Source: Microgenomates group bacterium GW2011_GWC1_46_15 (GTDB lineage Bacteria > Patescibacteriota > Microgenomatia > UBA1400 > UBA12028). Taken from it: a DNA stretch of 64,000 nt. The position numbers and the translations under genes were made by a program. Where the stretch lies: positions 6,885 to 70,884 of the forward strand of contig LCLX01000004.1 of the NCBI GenBank assembly GCA_001002285.1. Reading direction: 5' to 3'. The notes under the pieces are model-generated. The model made no database searches. It was given only the letters and a program-made list of their open reading frames with translations, and had not been told where the DNA came from. How positions within the stretch are numbered: position 1 is the stretch's first letter; every line of letters begins with the position of its first letter. Positions 11,296-20,873 of this stretch are shown piece by piece.

Positions 11296-11339
11296 AAAAA
11301 GATTGTATCATCATGCCACTTGCAAAAAAAGAATAGAGT

Positions 11340-12080
11340 GTGAAACAATGTGCGGTATTCATGCGGGAACAACTAGAAAAAGAGTTACAAAAGTTAGCAA
11401 AACAGCGCGTACAATTTTCACGATTTTTTATTAGTGCGAATGATCATGCGCTGGGTGCAAACATGCGTTTTAATGGAGAACTCCCCTGCCCTCTCCCGGA
11501 GACGTATGACGAAGATACTCGGGAAGAACATGATGTTTGGGCGTGTGGTATGTACTCTATATTCACCATTTTGCGGTACTTTAGGCTTCCGGTAACACTT
11601 TCCGAAGTGATGGAGCGCACAAAAGAATATGGTGCTGACCACGAGGGAACTCCGGAGCATACGACGATTGATACATATGCCCATTTTGGTATAACAGCGG
11701 TTCCTGTTCGTGTTTCTTCAATTCAAGAAATCAAAGCGTACACAGATCAGGGATGCGTATTTGTCGCAAACGTCATTGCATTATGGGAAAACCAGATCGC
11801 GGATGGAACTCAGTTGGGCGATGGACATTGGTTACCGATTTTTGCCGGTGATAAATACAATAATCTTCTTGTGGGCGATCCAAGTTATCGTTCACCTATG
11901 CATAAGGGTCCTACTTTTGGAGCGCGTGTTCTTACGGAAAAGGCGTATTGGAAAATTGCATATGAATTTAATGGCGCGGTGCATCAAGCGGAGCACAGCG
12001 TTCTTCCTGGTGCGGAGTGGTATGGCATGGAAGGCATTGCAGTATATCCTCCACACATGAAACCGTATGTTATAAAATGA
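11340..12080 (+). CDS. Papain-like cysteine peptidase, C39-like (Peptidase_C39_2/BtrH-like)
   Basis: WACGMYS (Cys nucleophile context) and GDGHWLPIFAGD...VGDP (His/Asp). Starts with GTG at 11340; an ATG alternative is at 11361. Confidence 0.45.
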   Translation: MKQCAVFMREQLEKELQKLAKQRVQFSRFFISANDHALGANMRFNGELPCPLPETYDEDTREEHDVWACGMYSIFTILRYFRLPVTLSEVMERTKEYGADHEGTPEHTTIDTYAHFGITAVPVRVSSIQEIKAYTDQGCVFVANVIALWENQIADGTQLGDGHWLPIFAGDKYNNLLVGDPSYRSPMHKGPTFGARVLTEKAYWKIAYEFNGAVHQAEHSVLPGAEWYGMEGIAVYPPHMKPYVIK

Positions 12081-12086
12081 ACAAAT

Positions 12087-12404
12087 ATGATTGATTCCGT
12101 GCTTTCATCCGATATCTATACTATTGTTTCCTCCATTCCCAAAGGAAAAGTATTGAGTTATGCCGATGTTGCACGGTTATCTGGAAAGTGTGGACCGCGG
12201 CAAGTGGGGCGCATTCTTCATCACAATCAGGATAACTCAAAAGTTCCATGCCATCGAGTGGTTCACGAAGACGGAACATTGGCTCCAGCGTTTGCATTTG
12301 GCGGCGAAGATGCGCAGAAGAAAAAATTACAGCATGAAGGTGTGCCTTTTCGTGGTGCGCGTGTACATATGCAGAAATCACGGTGGAAAACATCGTTTTC
12401 ATAA
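12087..12404 (+). CDS. Methylated-DNA-protein-cysteine methyltransferase, DNA-binding/active-site domain only (Ogt/MGMT C-domain)
   Basis: PCHRVV active-site motif. 105 aa. Confidence 0.7.
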   Translation: MIDSVLSSDIYTIVSSIPKGKVLSYADVARLSGKCGPRQVGRILHHNQDNSKVPCHRVVHEDGTLAPAFAFGGEDAQKKKLQHEGVPFRGARVHMQKSRWKTSFS

Positions 12405-12474
12405 TGTTCACACATCAAAAAACGCATTCTCCTCTTTTCAAACTCATGCGTGTGGTGCATACTAACGCCTACCT

Positions 12475-13149
12475 ATGAAGTTCCGCGCGCTCGTCGTTGA
12501 TGACCAGCCGCATATTGTTTCATTTCTCCGCCCCATACTGGAACGCGAGAAGTACACGGTCGTGCACGCAGCTACTGTTTTTCAAGGAGAAAAGAAACTC
12601 CGTTCTGGCCACTACCACGTTGTTATTCTTGACCGCAACTTACCAGATGGTGATGGGTTGGGTCTTTTGCCGCTTATTGCCGAGACTTCTCAGGAAACAA
12701 AAACGATTGTGTTGAGCCAGCACGGTGCGGTAGAGCATCGTGTTGAGGGATTAGACAAAGGCGCGGACGAGTATATTCCCAAACCGTTTTCCGTTGAAGA
12801 GTTTGTCGCGCGCCTGCACGCGGTTACCCGCAGGAATATCATTAAAAATGATGACATCGTACGGTTTGGAGGCGTTACGATCTATCAGAACAAACACGCG
12901 ATTCAATGGCGGTCGGTGCGGAGACGGCTTCCGCCGCTCTCATTCAAGTTATTTCTTTTATTTTTACGGAATAAAAACATTGCACTTACCCGCGAACAAA
13001 TTGCAGTCAAAGTGTGGCCGCTTGATAAATACCCCACGAGTGCAAGCATTGATGTTAGCGTGCGGCGGTTGCGTAAGGACTTAGATGGTTTCCCATTCAA
13101 AATTATTACGGAGCACTATGTTGGGTATCGGTTTGTGGATAAAACGTAA
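12475..13149 (+). CDS. OmpR/PhoB-family response regulator (orphan, no kinase in window)
   Basis: Receiver domain with DD pair, phosphoacceptor Asp in VILDRNLPDGDG, and conserved Lys in IPKPF. C-terminal winged-helix domain. Confidence 0.85.
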   Translation: MKFRALVVDDQPHIVSFLRPILEREKYTVVHAATVFQGEKKLRSGHYHVVILDRNLPDGDGLGLLPLIAETSQETKTIVLSQHGAVEHRVEGLDKGADEYIPKPFSVEEFVARLHAVTRRNIIKNDDIVRFGGVTIYQNKHAIQWRSVRRRLPPLSFKLFLLFLRNKNIALTREQIAVKVWPLDKYPTSASIDVSVRRLRKDLDGFPFKIITEHYVGYRFVDKT

Positions 13150-14386
13150 AAACATTAAACGGTTAGTGCCCGAGTTTTTTGTTGATGTGTGGGCCTCCCG
13201 GTTTTTCCGTACTCTATTTTTTATTGCTGGACTCAGCCATTTTATTGGGGTATTTGTTCCAGAAACCGGTTTTGACGCAGTGTGGTATCACTTGCCTATC
13301 ACGCAGGTATTATTAAACCGCGGATGGGACAGATTTATTCCAGAACTCTATCAATCTGCAATGCCACATTTGGGATCGTTAGTATTTACATTGCCCTACG
13401 CGATGTTTGGAATAGTTGGTGTTAAATTTTTTACGTATCTTCTTGCTTGGTTGATGATTGTATTGATGTACCGTATTGCAAAACCACTGGTTGGAATACG
13501 CTATGCGTTGTTTGGATGTCTGATCTTTTTTACGTTTCACACGGTTGGGTGGCAGGCATCGTCAGCATATGTTGATAGTTTGCGTACGGTGTTTGAGTTA
13601 GCCGCGGTAAGTTTGATCATGGAAAACAAACGTGTTTCTCCCGTGTCTGCGGGAATTTTTCTTGGATTGGCGCTTTCAACAAAACTACTCGCATTTCTCG
13701 CGCTTCCCGCGTTTTTTCTGTTTACGGTTCTACGGAAACATATGCGATTTGCGGTCATCATGTGTGCGATTGCAGTTTTAACGGTTACCCCGTGGCTCGT
13801 GCAAAGTTATATATGGACAGGAAATCCAATCTATCCGCTTTTTCAATCGTCTTTGGGAATAGATCAGGTGACACATCTTGGATACGGAACTGTGTTGAGT
13901 TGGCTGACACACCAGATTTTAATGATTCCGCTTCTGCCAATTGTTATGAGTGTGCAGTGGGGTGACTGGACGTCGCCGATATTTATAGTAGGAGCTCTTT
14001 CTGCGATATATGTCAAAAAAGAAGTGTGGAAAAAACACCGCGATCTATTGGCATTTGTTTTCGTTTTCATGATTTCTTGGCTTTTGTTCCCTCCGCTTTC
14101 CGTGCGATACGCACTCACAGGGTTTGTAATGGCGATCGTTGTGTGTTTGCTTGTATTCAAGAATCTTCCGCAAAAGTTTCACACACTCCGCCACATTTTT
14201 ATTGTGATCTGTTGGCTTGGCATCGCATTTAACTTGGTGTACCGATTTGGCGCGAACGTCAAACAACTCGAACTCTTAACAGGAGAAATTTCCCATCAAA
14301 CATATCTCGATCAGCGCAGCCAAGGAGTTGCGAAAGGCCCGATGGAAAAATGGTACTCAGGATATTGGGCAAGATATGGAAAATAG
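13085..14386 (+). CDS. Polytopic GT-C-type glycosyltransferase-like membrane protein (GT39/GT83 PMT/ArnT-like)
   Basis: 433 aa with more than 10 TM helices. First extracytoplasmic loop carries FDAVWYH, a DxxxxY-like motif. The 5' end overlaps the response-regulator 3' end; an alternative start is at 13118. Confidence 0.45.
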   Translation: MVSHSKLLRSTMLGIGLWIKRKNIKRLVPEFFVDVWASRFFRTLFFIAGLSHFIGVFVPETGFDAVWYHLPITQVLLNRGWDRFIPELYQSAMPHLGSLVFTLPYAMFGIVGVKFFTYLLAWLMIVLMYRIAKPLVGIRYALFGCLIFFTFHTVGWQASSAYVDSLRTVFELAAVSLIMENKRVSPVSAGIFLGLALSTKLLAFLALPAFFLFTVLRKHMRFAVIMCAIAVLTVTPWLVQSYIWTGNPIYPLFQSSLGIDQVTHLGYGTVLSWLTHQILMIPLLPIVMSVQWGDWTSPIFIVGALSAIYVKKEVWKKHRDLLAFVFVFMISWLLFPPLSVRYALTGFVMAIVVCLLVFKNLPQKFHTLRHIFIVICWLGIAFNLVYRFGANVKQLELLTGEISHQTYLDQRSQGVAKGPMEKWYSGYWARYGK

Positions 14387-14407
14387 TTTCCTTTTTTCAA
14401 AGGGGGG

Positions 14408-14437
14408 TTTGCACGCGCGGAGGCCTGTGCTATAGTC
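14408..14437 (+). promoter_or_regulatory. sigma70-like promoter TTGCAC-N16-TATAGT; predicted TSS at or just before the ATG (leaderless mRNA)
   Basis: Sequence tttgcacgcgcggaggcctgtgctatagtcggacacATG. Confidence 0.4.
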
Positions 14438-14443
14438 GGACAC

Positions 14444-14884
14444 ATGGATACCACACAAACGCTTTCTTCTGCTCCCGTACAAGAATCTCAACATGATGTC
14501 GCAACGCTCCAAGCCCTGATTGAACGCCAAATTGAACGGCTCGATGCTGTCCGGCAGCAAATCCGGACGCATACAGACAGCATGAAGAGTATTTTTGAGA
14601 ACGACACCGAGTTGGCAGAAAATGAAACGCAAGTGCAGGAAGTTTCAAAAAAATCCAAAGCACGCAAAAAAACATTGACCGAAGCTCCCGAGTTCCGTGA
14701 ACTACGCGCAAAATCAGCAGAGCTCAAGGATGAAGTTAAAGAACTTCAAGAATCGTTGAACTCCTATCTTCTCACCTACTATCAGCAAACCGGCGTTAAA
14801 ACAGTGGATTTGGGCGCCGGCGGACAGCGAGAGTTTAAAGTGATTGCAAAACTCCTGCCAAAGAAAGGGGATAAAGAAGAATGA
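14444..14884 (+). CDS. Hypothetical coiled-coil protein
   Basis: 146 aa, acidic and helical. 4-nt overlap (ATGA) with the next gene. Confidence 0.5.
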   Translation: MDTTQTLSSAPVQESQHDVATLQALIERQIERLDAVRQQIRTHTDSMKSIFENDTELAENETQVQEVSKKSKARKKTLTEAPEFRELRAKSAELKDEVKELQESLNSYLLTYYQQTGVKTVDLGAGGQREFKVIAKLLPKKGDKEE

Positions 14885-15174
14885 CAACACCACAGTACCT
14901 TGATGACGCGTTTGAAAAAGAGTGCGAAGAACTCTTAAAAGTTTTTCTAAAAAAACATAAAGACTACGGTAAGGGAAATATTTTGGAAATTGGTGAGCTT
15001 GGAATCTCGTTCCGCATTGCAGAAAAGGTGAGTCGGTTAAAGAACTTGTTGGCAAAAACAGGCAAGCCAGAGAATGAATCACTTGACGATACGTGGACCG
15101 ATATCGCGGTGTACGCGGTGATCGCAAAATTATTCAGAAAAAAGCAGTTTCAGGACTTGGAAGTGAGAGGATAG
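14881..15174 (+). CDS. Hypothetical small helical protein (possibly DUF1599-like)
   Basis: 97 aa. KHKDYGKGNILE...GISFRIAEKVSRLKNL resembles the DUF1599 family seen in phages; this rests on memory only. Confidence 0.4.
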   Translation: MTTPQYLDDAFEKECEELLKVFLKKHKDYGKGNILEIGELGISFRIAEKVSRLKNLLAKTGKPENESLDDTWTDIAVYAVIAKLFRKKQFQDLEVRG

Positions 15175-15238
15175 ATTTTTGTTGATCAGTAAGATTTTTT
15201 GATATACACTCTTCTTAAGCCTTTAAAAGGAGAGCGAG

Positions 15239-15544
15239 ATGGGAGTAGGATCAGAATTCATTGAAGGTCTTATCCACACAAGATCAGCGCTTTTTCTGGC
15301 GAGGCTTGCAGAAAAAGTAACTCGTCAAAAAGAAAAAAAAGCATCGTTGATTGTAGATCAGTTGATTAATGATTTAAAAAGTAGTAGTTATTTCAACGGA
15401 TTGGATAATAACTTAAGAAGAGATATTTTTATTAGGGCGATTGAACGATACAGAGAAGAGTATCATACTCTAGACTTTATACCTTGGGAGTCGGAATCAT
15501 CTCCAGAATACCAAAGGGCAATGACAATGCTCTTAGGGCACTAG
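15239..15544 (+). CDS. Hypothetical protein
   Basis: 101 aa. RBS aaaaggagagcgagATG. No recognisable motif. Confidence 0.4.
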   Translation: MGVGSEFIEGLIHTRSALFLARLAEKVTRQKEKKASLIVDQLINDLKSSSYFNGLDNNLRRDIFIRAIERYREEYHTLDFIPWESESSPEYQRAMTMLLGH

Positions 15545-18325
15545 TTATGCATTTCTCCCATGACACTTTTTATATTTTTTCCCGCTTCCGCACGGGCACG
15601 GATCATTCCGTCCAATTTTCATGTGCGCAACGCCAGGTTTGGCAACACTTCCGCCTTTTGCCTTTGACATCGCCGCGGCTAAGTCAGACAACGAGCCCTT
15701 CGTAGACGCCGGCGCTTTCAGTCCCTGTTCGGCTTTTTGTGCTTCTTGCGCGATAGAGCCCGCAAATACCTCTTCTTTTACCTCAACCGCCTGCTGAAGC
15801 GGCTGATTGGCGGCTGCCCGCTGTTCCGGTGAAACGTTCAATGGTTGGATGCGGAAAACCCGGTGGGCAACTGCATCGTCAATACGACCCATCAAGGCCT
15901 CAAACATCTCAAACGCCTCCTTTTTATACGCCGACAACACCGTTTGTTTGTCACCGCGTAGCCAAATACCTTCGCGCAGGGTATCCATATTATCCAAGTG
16001 ATCCATCCAGTGCTCGTCAATCGTGGTGAGCATGACGTACCGTTCCATGTCGCGGGCAACCTGGTCGCCAAACTCTTTTTCGCGTTGAGCGTAAATATCA
16101 CGCGCAATGTTCTGCAGGAAAGTAATGATAGCATCGGCCTCTTTTTGCTCTTTCAACTGCCCACGCAACTGTTGCTGAGAAGCGTCGTCAAACGGGATGA
16201 TGCTGATAAACTCTTTGACGATCGCGTCGTACTCTTCCTGCGTGAACTGATCGGGCGCGCGCATCGTGACAAGGGAAGTAACCGCGTCGTTGACCGCGTT
16301 CAAAATATCAACGCGCAAATCTTTTTCACCATGCAGAATTTTATTACGCAAGCTATACACGACCTCGCGCTGTTTGTTCATGACGTCGTCGAACTCAACC
16401 AACCGTTTGCGCTGATCAAAAAAGAATCCTTCGACTTTAATCTGCGCCTGCTCGATGGCCTTGCTAATCATTTGGTGTTCGATCGGCTGGTTTTCTTCAA
16501 TCTGCAAAAAGTTCATCATTTTACCGATTTGCTCGCCGCCAAACAAACGCATGATTTCGTCTTCAAGCGATACAAAAAAGCTGGAGGAACCGGGGTCACC
16601 CTGACGACCCGCACGACCACGAAGTTGATTATCAATACGGCGGGACTCGTGTCGTTCGGTGCCAATAATATGCAACCCGCCTTGCTGTATAACAGCCTCA
16701 TGTTGCTTTTCCCAGTTTTTTATTGCTTTGGTGAGTGCCGTTTTGTTTGGGAAGTCTCCCTCTTCCGGCCGTGCTCCACCGAGCACGATGTCAACGCCGC
16801 GCCCCGCGATATTTGTGGCAACCGTCACCGCTCCCGGTCGGCCGGCGTCAGCGATAATGAACGCTTCTTTTTCATGATTTTTCGCGTTCAATATTTGATG
16901 TGGAATCTTTTTACGTGACAAAAACTCAGCGATAATTTCATTGTTCTGAATTGATCGTGTACCAATCAGCACGGGCTGTTTGCGCGCGTGCATTTCCTCA
17001 ACCTCTTTTACAATCGCGCCGTACTTTGCGCGCGTGGTTTTGTAAATCACATCGGCGCGATCTTTGCGGACAACCGGCAGGTGGGTTGGCATCACCAAAA
17101 CATCCATGCGGTAGATTTTTTTAAACTCCTCCGTTTCGGTGGCGGCAGTTCCGGTCATGCCAGCGAGTTTTTTGTACAACCGGAAGTAGTTCTGCAGAGA
17201 AATAGTCGCGAGTGTGCGGGACTCTTGCTGAATTTTTGCGTCTTCTTTTGCCTCAATAGCTTGATGAAGCCCATCACTGTACCGGCGTCCGTACATAAGC
17301 CGGCCGGTGTGCTCATCCACAATAATGACTTCCCCATCGCGCACAATGTAGTCTTTGTCGCGGTGGAACAATGTTTTTGCTTTGAGCGCTTGTTCAACAT
17401 GGTGGATGGTGTCAAAACTTTCTTCGTACAGATTCTTGACGCCGAGCTTCATTTCAATACGTTTAATGCCGAGATCGGTAAGTGTGGCGGTTTTGAGTTT
17501 TTCATCCAACGTATAGTCAGCATCTTTCGTGAGTGACTCAACCATTTTTGCAAAGTCATAGTATTTTTTTGTTGGCTCGGTATCGGGTGCGGAGATAATA
17601 AGTGGTGTGCGCGCTTCATCAATTAAAATGGAGTCTGCTTCGTCTACGATGGCAAAGTGATGCCCTCGCTGAACCTGATCTTCCATCCGCTGAACCATGT
17701 TGTCGCGCAGGTAGTCAAACCCAAACTCGTTGTTGGTGCCGTAGGTAATATCAGCGCTGTAGCCTTCTGCACGCGAAACGGGCTTAAAGTGTTCGAGGCG
17801 GTTGTCTCCGCGTTTTTCGCTGTGGTGGATGGAGTCGTAAAATGCGGCATGTTCGTGTGTAATAACGCCTACAGAAACATGAAGAAGTTCGAAGATTGGG
17901 CCCATCCACCCCGCGCCAAGCTGAGCAAGGTAGTCGTTCACAGTAACTAAATGCGCGCCTTTACCAGATAATGCGTTGAGATAAAGCGCCAGTGTTGCCG
18001 AAAGCGTTTTTCCTTCACCCGTCTTTTGTTCCGCGACCTTACCCTCGTGGAACGCAATACCGGCCATGAGCTGAACGTCGTAGTGGCGCAGACCAAGCGT
18101 GCGCCGGGAAGCCTCACGGACAACCGCAAATGTCTCAGGAAGCAAGACGTCAAGTGTTTCGCCATCCTCCAACCGTTTTTTAAACTCCGCGGTTTTGGCG
18201 GTCAACTTGGTGTCAGAAAGTTTTTTGAACTCCGGTTCCAGCGCATTGATCTTCTCGACAATGGTTTGGTACCGTTTGATTGTTTTTGTGTTCTCGTCAA
18301 AGAGTTTGGTAAGAAACTTGAACAT
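15545..18325 (-). CDS. secA: Preprotein translocase ATPase SecA
   Basis: 926 aa. DEAD-like motor domains and C-terminal zinc-binding tail [14 protein letters not shown]. Confidence 0.92.
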   Translation of the reverse strand: MFKFLTKLFDENTKTIKRYQTIVEKINALEPEFKKLSDTKLTAKTAEFKKRLEDGETLDVLLPETFAVVREASRRTLGLRHYDVQLMAGIAFHEGKVAEQKTGEGKTLSATLALYLNALSGKGAHLVTVNDYLAQLGAGWMGPIFELLHVSVGVITHEHAAFYDSIHHSEKRGDNRLEHFKPVSRAEGYSADITYGTNNEFGFDYLRDNMVQRMEDQVQRGHHFAIVDEADSILIDEARTPLIISAPDTEPTKKYYDFAKMVESLTKDADYTLDEKLKTATLTDLGIKRIEMKLGVKNLYEESFDTIHHVEQALKAKTLFHRDKDYIVRDGEVIIVDEHTGRLMYGRRYSDGLHQAIEAKEDAKIQQESRTLATISLQNYFRLYKKLAGMTGTAATETEEFKKIYRMDVLVMPTHLPVVRKDRADVIYKTTRAKYGAIVKEVEEMHARKQPVLIGTRSIQNNEIIAEFLSRKKIPHQILNAKNHEKEAFIIADAGRPGAVTVATNIAGRGVDIVLGGARPEEGDFPNKTALTKAIKNWEKQHEAVIQQGGLHIIGTERHESRRIDNQLRGRAGRQGDPGSSSFFVSLEDEIMRLFGGEQIGKMMNFLQIEENQPIEHQMISKAIEQAQIKVEGFFFDQRKRLVEFDDVMNKQREVVYSLRNKILHGEKDLRVDILNAVNDAVTSLVTMRAPDQFTQEEYDAIVKEFISIIPFDDASQQQLRGQLKEQKEADAIITFLQNIARDIYAQREKEFGDQVARDMERYVMLTTIDEHWMDHLDNMDTLREGIWLRGDKQTVLSAYKKEAFEMFEALMGRIDDAVAHRVFRIQPLNVSPEQRAAANQPLQQAVEVKEEVFAGSIAQEAQKAEQGLKAPASTKGSLSDLAAAMSKAKGGSVAKPGVAHMKIGRNDPCPCGSGKKYKKCHGRNA

Positions 18326-18399
18326 AGCAGATTATTGTACCATGACCTCTGGAGAAAGTGTGTATTTTTGAAGAATAAGCGCTGATATCATAGGAAGTT

Positions 18400-18431
18400 T
18401 GACTGTGTTTTTTGACGGTGTATAATCGGCT
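18400..18431 (+). promoter_or_regulatory. Near-consensus sigma70 promoter TTGACT-N16-TATAAT
   Basis: Sequence tttgactgtgttttttgacggtgtataat, followed by RBS aaggagggag and ATG at 18468. Confidence 0.45.
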
Positions 18432-18467
18432 GATAGATCAAATTATTTAGTGTCCCAAGGAGGGAGT

Positions 18468-18908
18468 ATGACGATAGAAATGGGTCTTAAGAAGGTTGGT
18501 TATACCGATGCAGGTATTCTTAAAGAAGCAAGGAGTAGAGATGGATACTTGTCGGAAGGAGCGATTACAGGAAAGGTTAAAGCATTACAAGACCTTCTTG
18601 GTGCGTTTGGGATTATGATGCTAGAGACGGAGGAAAAAGAAGGAAGACCCACTATTGCTGATATTCAGGAATTTATGCAGATATTACAGGAAGTCATTAG
18701 GGGCACAGAATTTGAAAACGCAACAATTAGTCCAAGTCGTCTTGCGAGAGATGCGGGAAGAGGATTATATGCTCTTAGAAAAACAAAACCAATACGTGTT
18801 TCGTTTATGCAGAAATCTAATCCTTCTAAACAGATAAACTTTGTTTTTTCTGGACGTTTTTTGGATAGAACCGGATCTCGATGTGTCATTTATGTTATGC
18901 AAGAGTAG
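18468..18908 (+). CDS. Hypothetical protein (AT-rich orphan cassette, gene 1)
   Basis: Start MTIEMG placed behind the AGGAGGGAG RBS. 146 aa, no recognisable domain. Confidence 0.45.
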   Translation: MTIEMGLKKVGYTDAGILKEARSRDGYLSEGAITGKVKALQDLLGAFGIMMLETEEKEGRPTIADIQEFMQILQEVIRGTEFENATISPSRLARDAGRGLYALRKTKPIRVSFMQKSNPSKQINFVFSGRFLDRTGSRCVIYVMQE

Positions 18909-18946
18909 AGATATTATTACGCGATATATGGGGATTTAGGAGGGTT

Positions 18947-19399
18947 ATGACACTGCTCGAAGCAGAAGAATTTCTTAATATTGGTCATGCTACCGAAGAA
19001 ATCTTAGCAAAAGATAGTTCCGTTTCCGTGACAGGCAGACTTCTGCGGGAGATGCAAAGGAGAGTAACTGACTTTTTGAAAAGCGGAGGCGCTCTTGATC
19101 TAAGTTCTGTTGAAAGAATTCATGGCATGCTTGAGGCTTTATTTCTTCATACACCACTTTCCGCTCATATAACACTTTTGTATTGTCCAGGAGAATTATT
19201 TAATCCAGGTTCAGTTTTTCGGACGTCAGAATATTTCTTTTATTCAAGCCCTGATCTAGGATGGTGGGTTCGAGCCGAGGTTGGAGATAACCAAATCCTT
19301 GTCAAGTATACGGAGGAAGGAAATAGAGAGAAAATTGGTCAAATGCAACGACGTTCAATCGAAAGATTCAGGATATTATACGCTCGAACCCCTAGATAG
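18947..19399 (+). CDS. Hypothetical protein (AT-rich orphan cassette, gene 2)
   Basis: Start MTLLEAEE placed behind the AGGAGGG RBS. 150 aa. 3' end is convergent with, and overlaps, the serS 3' end. Confidence 0.45.
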   Translation: MTLLEAEEFLNIGHATEEILAKDSSVSVTGRLLREMQRRVTDFLKSGGALDLSSVERIHGMLEALFLHTPLSAHITLLYCPGELFNPGSVFRTSEYFFYSSPDLGWWVRAEVGDNQILVKYTEEGNREKIGQMQRRSIERFRILYARTPR

Positions 19400-20648
19400 T
19401 TATCTTCTCTTTCCCCACAAACTCCCGCAGAATCTCTGGCACTACAATGCTTCCATCCGCTTGCTGGTAGTTTTCCAAAATTGCCCCCAAAATACGTGGC
19501 GTGGCAACAACGGTGTTATTCAACGTGTAGACGTACTTCATCGTGCCGTCTTTTGCGCGGTACTTAATATTCAATCGTCGGGCTTGAAAATCATTAAAGT
19601 AGGAGTCCGAGTGCGTTTCGCGGTACGCGTTTTGACCCGGGAACCACACTTCAACGTCATACTTCCGCCGCTGTCCTGCACCCATATCGCCGGTGCACAT
19701 GTTGAGCACGTGGTACGGCAACTTCAGCTTTTGCAGTAACTCCTCGGCATACCCAAGCATTTCATCGTGCATCGTGCGCGTGACTTCTTCATCCGCGACG
19801 GTGTACACCACTTGTTCGACCTTCATAAACTGGTGCACACGGAAAATGCCTTTCGTATCCTTACCGTACGACCCCACTTCACGGCGAAAACATGGCGAAA
19901 TCCCCACCATTTTATATGGCAGATCTTTTTCATCCAAAATCTCACCCTCGCGATACGCGGTAAGCGAAACTTCGGCGGTACCAATCAGCTTTTGCCCGTC
20001 CTGTGTGGCATAGTGATCCTGCATACCCCACGGAAAGTATCCGGTTCCCCACATGGCGTCATCGTTGACCATCCACGGGACGGTCATGGGAGTAAACCCT
20101 TTTGCGATCATCATCTTGAGCGCGTACATCAACAGGGCATACTCGAGCAAAACCAAGTCGTTTTTGGTATAGAAAGCGCGGTTTCCGGCGATGCGGACGG
20201 CGCGTTTGGTATCAATGAGATCAAGCGTCTCGGCAAGCTCGTCGTGTGTTTTAGACTGAAACTTGAACTTTGGAATGTCTCCCCACTTTTTGACCTCAAC
20301 ATTTCCTGTTTCATCTTTGCCGATTGGTGTGTCATCGGCCGCGGGGTTTGGCACCTGAAGCATTAAATCCATAAACGACGCGTCCAATTTTTTAAGTTGA
20401 GGTTCTATATCCTGCAATTGTATTTTAAGTTTTTTTCCTTTTTCGATCTGCTCCGGCGTTGGTTTTCCTTTCACGCCCGCCGCGTGCGCATTCCCCTCAG
20501 CACGTAATGTTTCAACTTTTTGCAAGAGCGTACGCCGCTCGGTATCCACGCGCAACACCTCATCCACAATTTTGGGATTGAGCTGCTTATCCGTAATTGC
20601 TTTTTTTAACGTCTCCGCATTGTCGCGGATGTACCTAATGTCAACCAT
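19392..20648 (-). CDS. serS: Seryl-tRNA synthetase
   Basis: Class II aaRS motifs with an N-terminal coiled-coil arm. Start trimmed to MVDIRYIRDN (20648), which has a GGGGGA RBS. The longer extension in the ORF track would run over the T-box terminator. Confidence 0.9.
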   Translation of the reverse strand: MVDIRYIRDNAETLKKAITDKQLNPKIVDEVLRVDTERRTLLQKVETLRAEGNAHAAGVKGKPTPEQIEKGKKLKIQLQDIEPQLKKLDASFMDLMLQVPNPAADDTPIGKDETGNVEVKKWGDIPKFKFQSKTHDELAETLDLIDTKRAVRIAGNRAFYTKNDLVLLEYALLMYALKMMIAKGFTPMTVPWMVNDDAMWGTGYFPWGMQDHYATQDGQKLIGTAEVSLTAYREGEILDEKDLPYKMVGISPCFRREVGSYGKDTKGIFRVHQFMKVEQVVYTVADEEVTRTMHDEMLGYAEELLQKLKLPYHVLNMCTGDMGAGQRRKYDVEVWFPGQNAYRETHSDSYFNDFQARRLNIKYRAKDGTMKYVYTLNNTVVATPRILGAILENYQQADGSIVVPEILREFVGKEKITI

Positions 20649-20867
20649 GTTTCCCCCTTTATGTTTGTATGTACTCAAACGTATGGCTACAAAAAACCAC
20701 GCTATCGCCTTCAAAAAGGACGCGTTTGCGTGGTGCCACCTTTCTTCTTTACGTCCTCGAACGAAAGCTCGGGGACTCAACTCGTTCCGGCTGTTACGGG
20801 CTTACCCGGACGGGATTTCCCCCGCCAGCTCAACGGCTGCTAACCGTTTTTGCGCTGTTAATTTCTA
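20649..20867 (-). promoter_or_regulatory. T-box riboswitch leader of serS
   Basis: Minus-strand RNA reads GAAAGG-UGGCACC-ACGC-AAAC-GCGU-CCUUUU. That is antiterminator helix A1 (AAAGG/CCUUU), a 7-nt bulge UGGCACC and helix A2 (ACGC/GCGU), matching the T-box consensus AGGGUGGNACCGCG. It overlaps a terminator, CCACGC...GCGUGG plus UUUUUU at 20691-20733, 43 nt before the ATG. Confidence 0.6.
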
Positions 20868-20873
20868 TACTGA

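Noticed and set aside
15998-16918. 306-aa ORF antisense to secA, plus many other 60-200-aa ORFs antisense to or embedded in dnaE, atpA/D/G, lysS, korA and acd (e.g. 27660-28256, 30105-30761, 38352-38954, 40322-40822, 19767-20366)
   Set aside because: They lie entirely within confidently identified conserved genes on the opposite strand, and none has a recognisable motif. They are typical spurious antisense ORFs.
19392-20780. Long N-terminal extensions in ORF-track models of serS (to 20780), acd (to 6050), gatC (to 45784), korB (to 1979) and the 56687-58621 gene
   Set aside because: The extensions lack sequence resembling the protein families and overlap neighbouring genes or the T-box terminator. 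Internal Met codons with an RBS or classic ATGA overlaps give the expected protein lengths.
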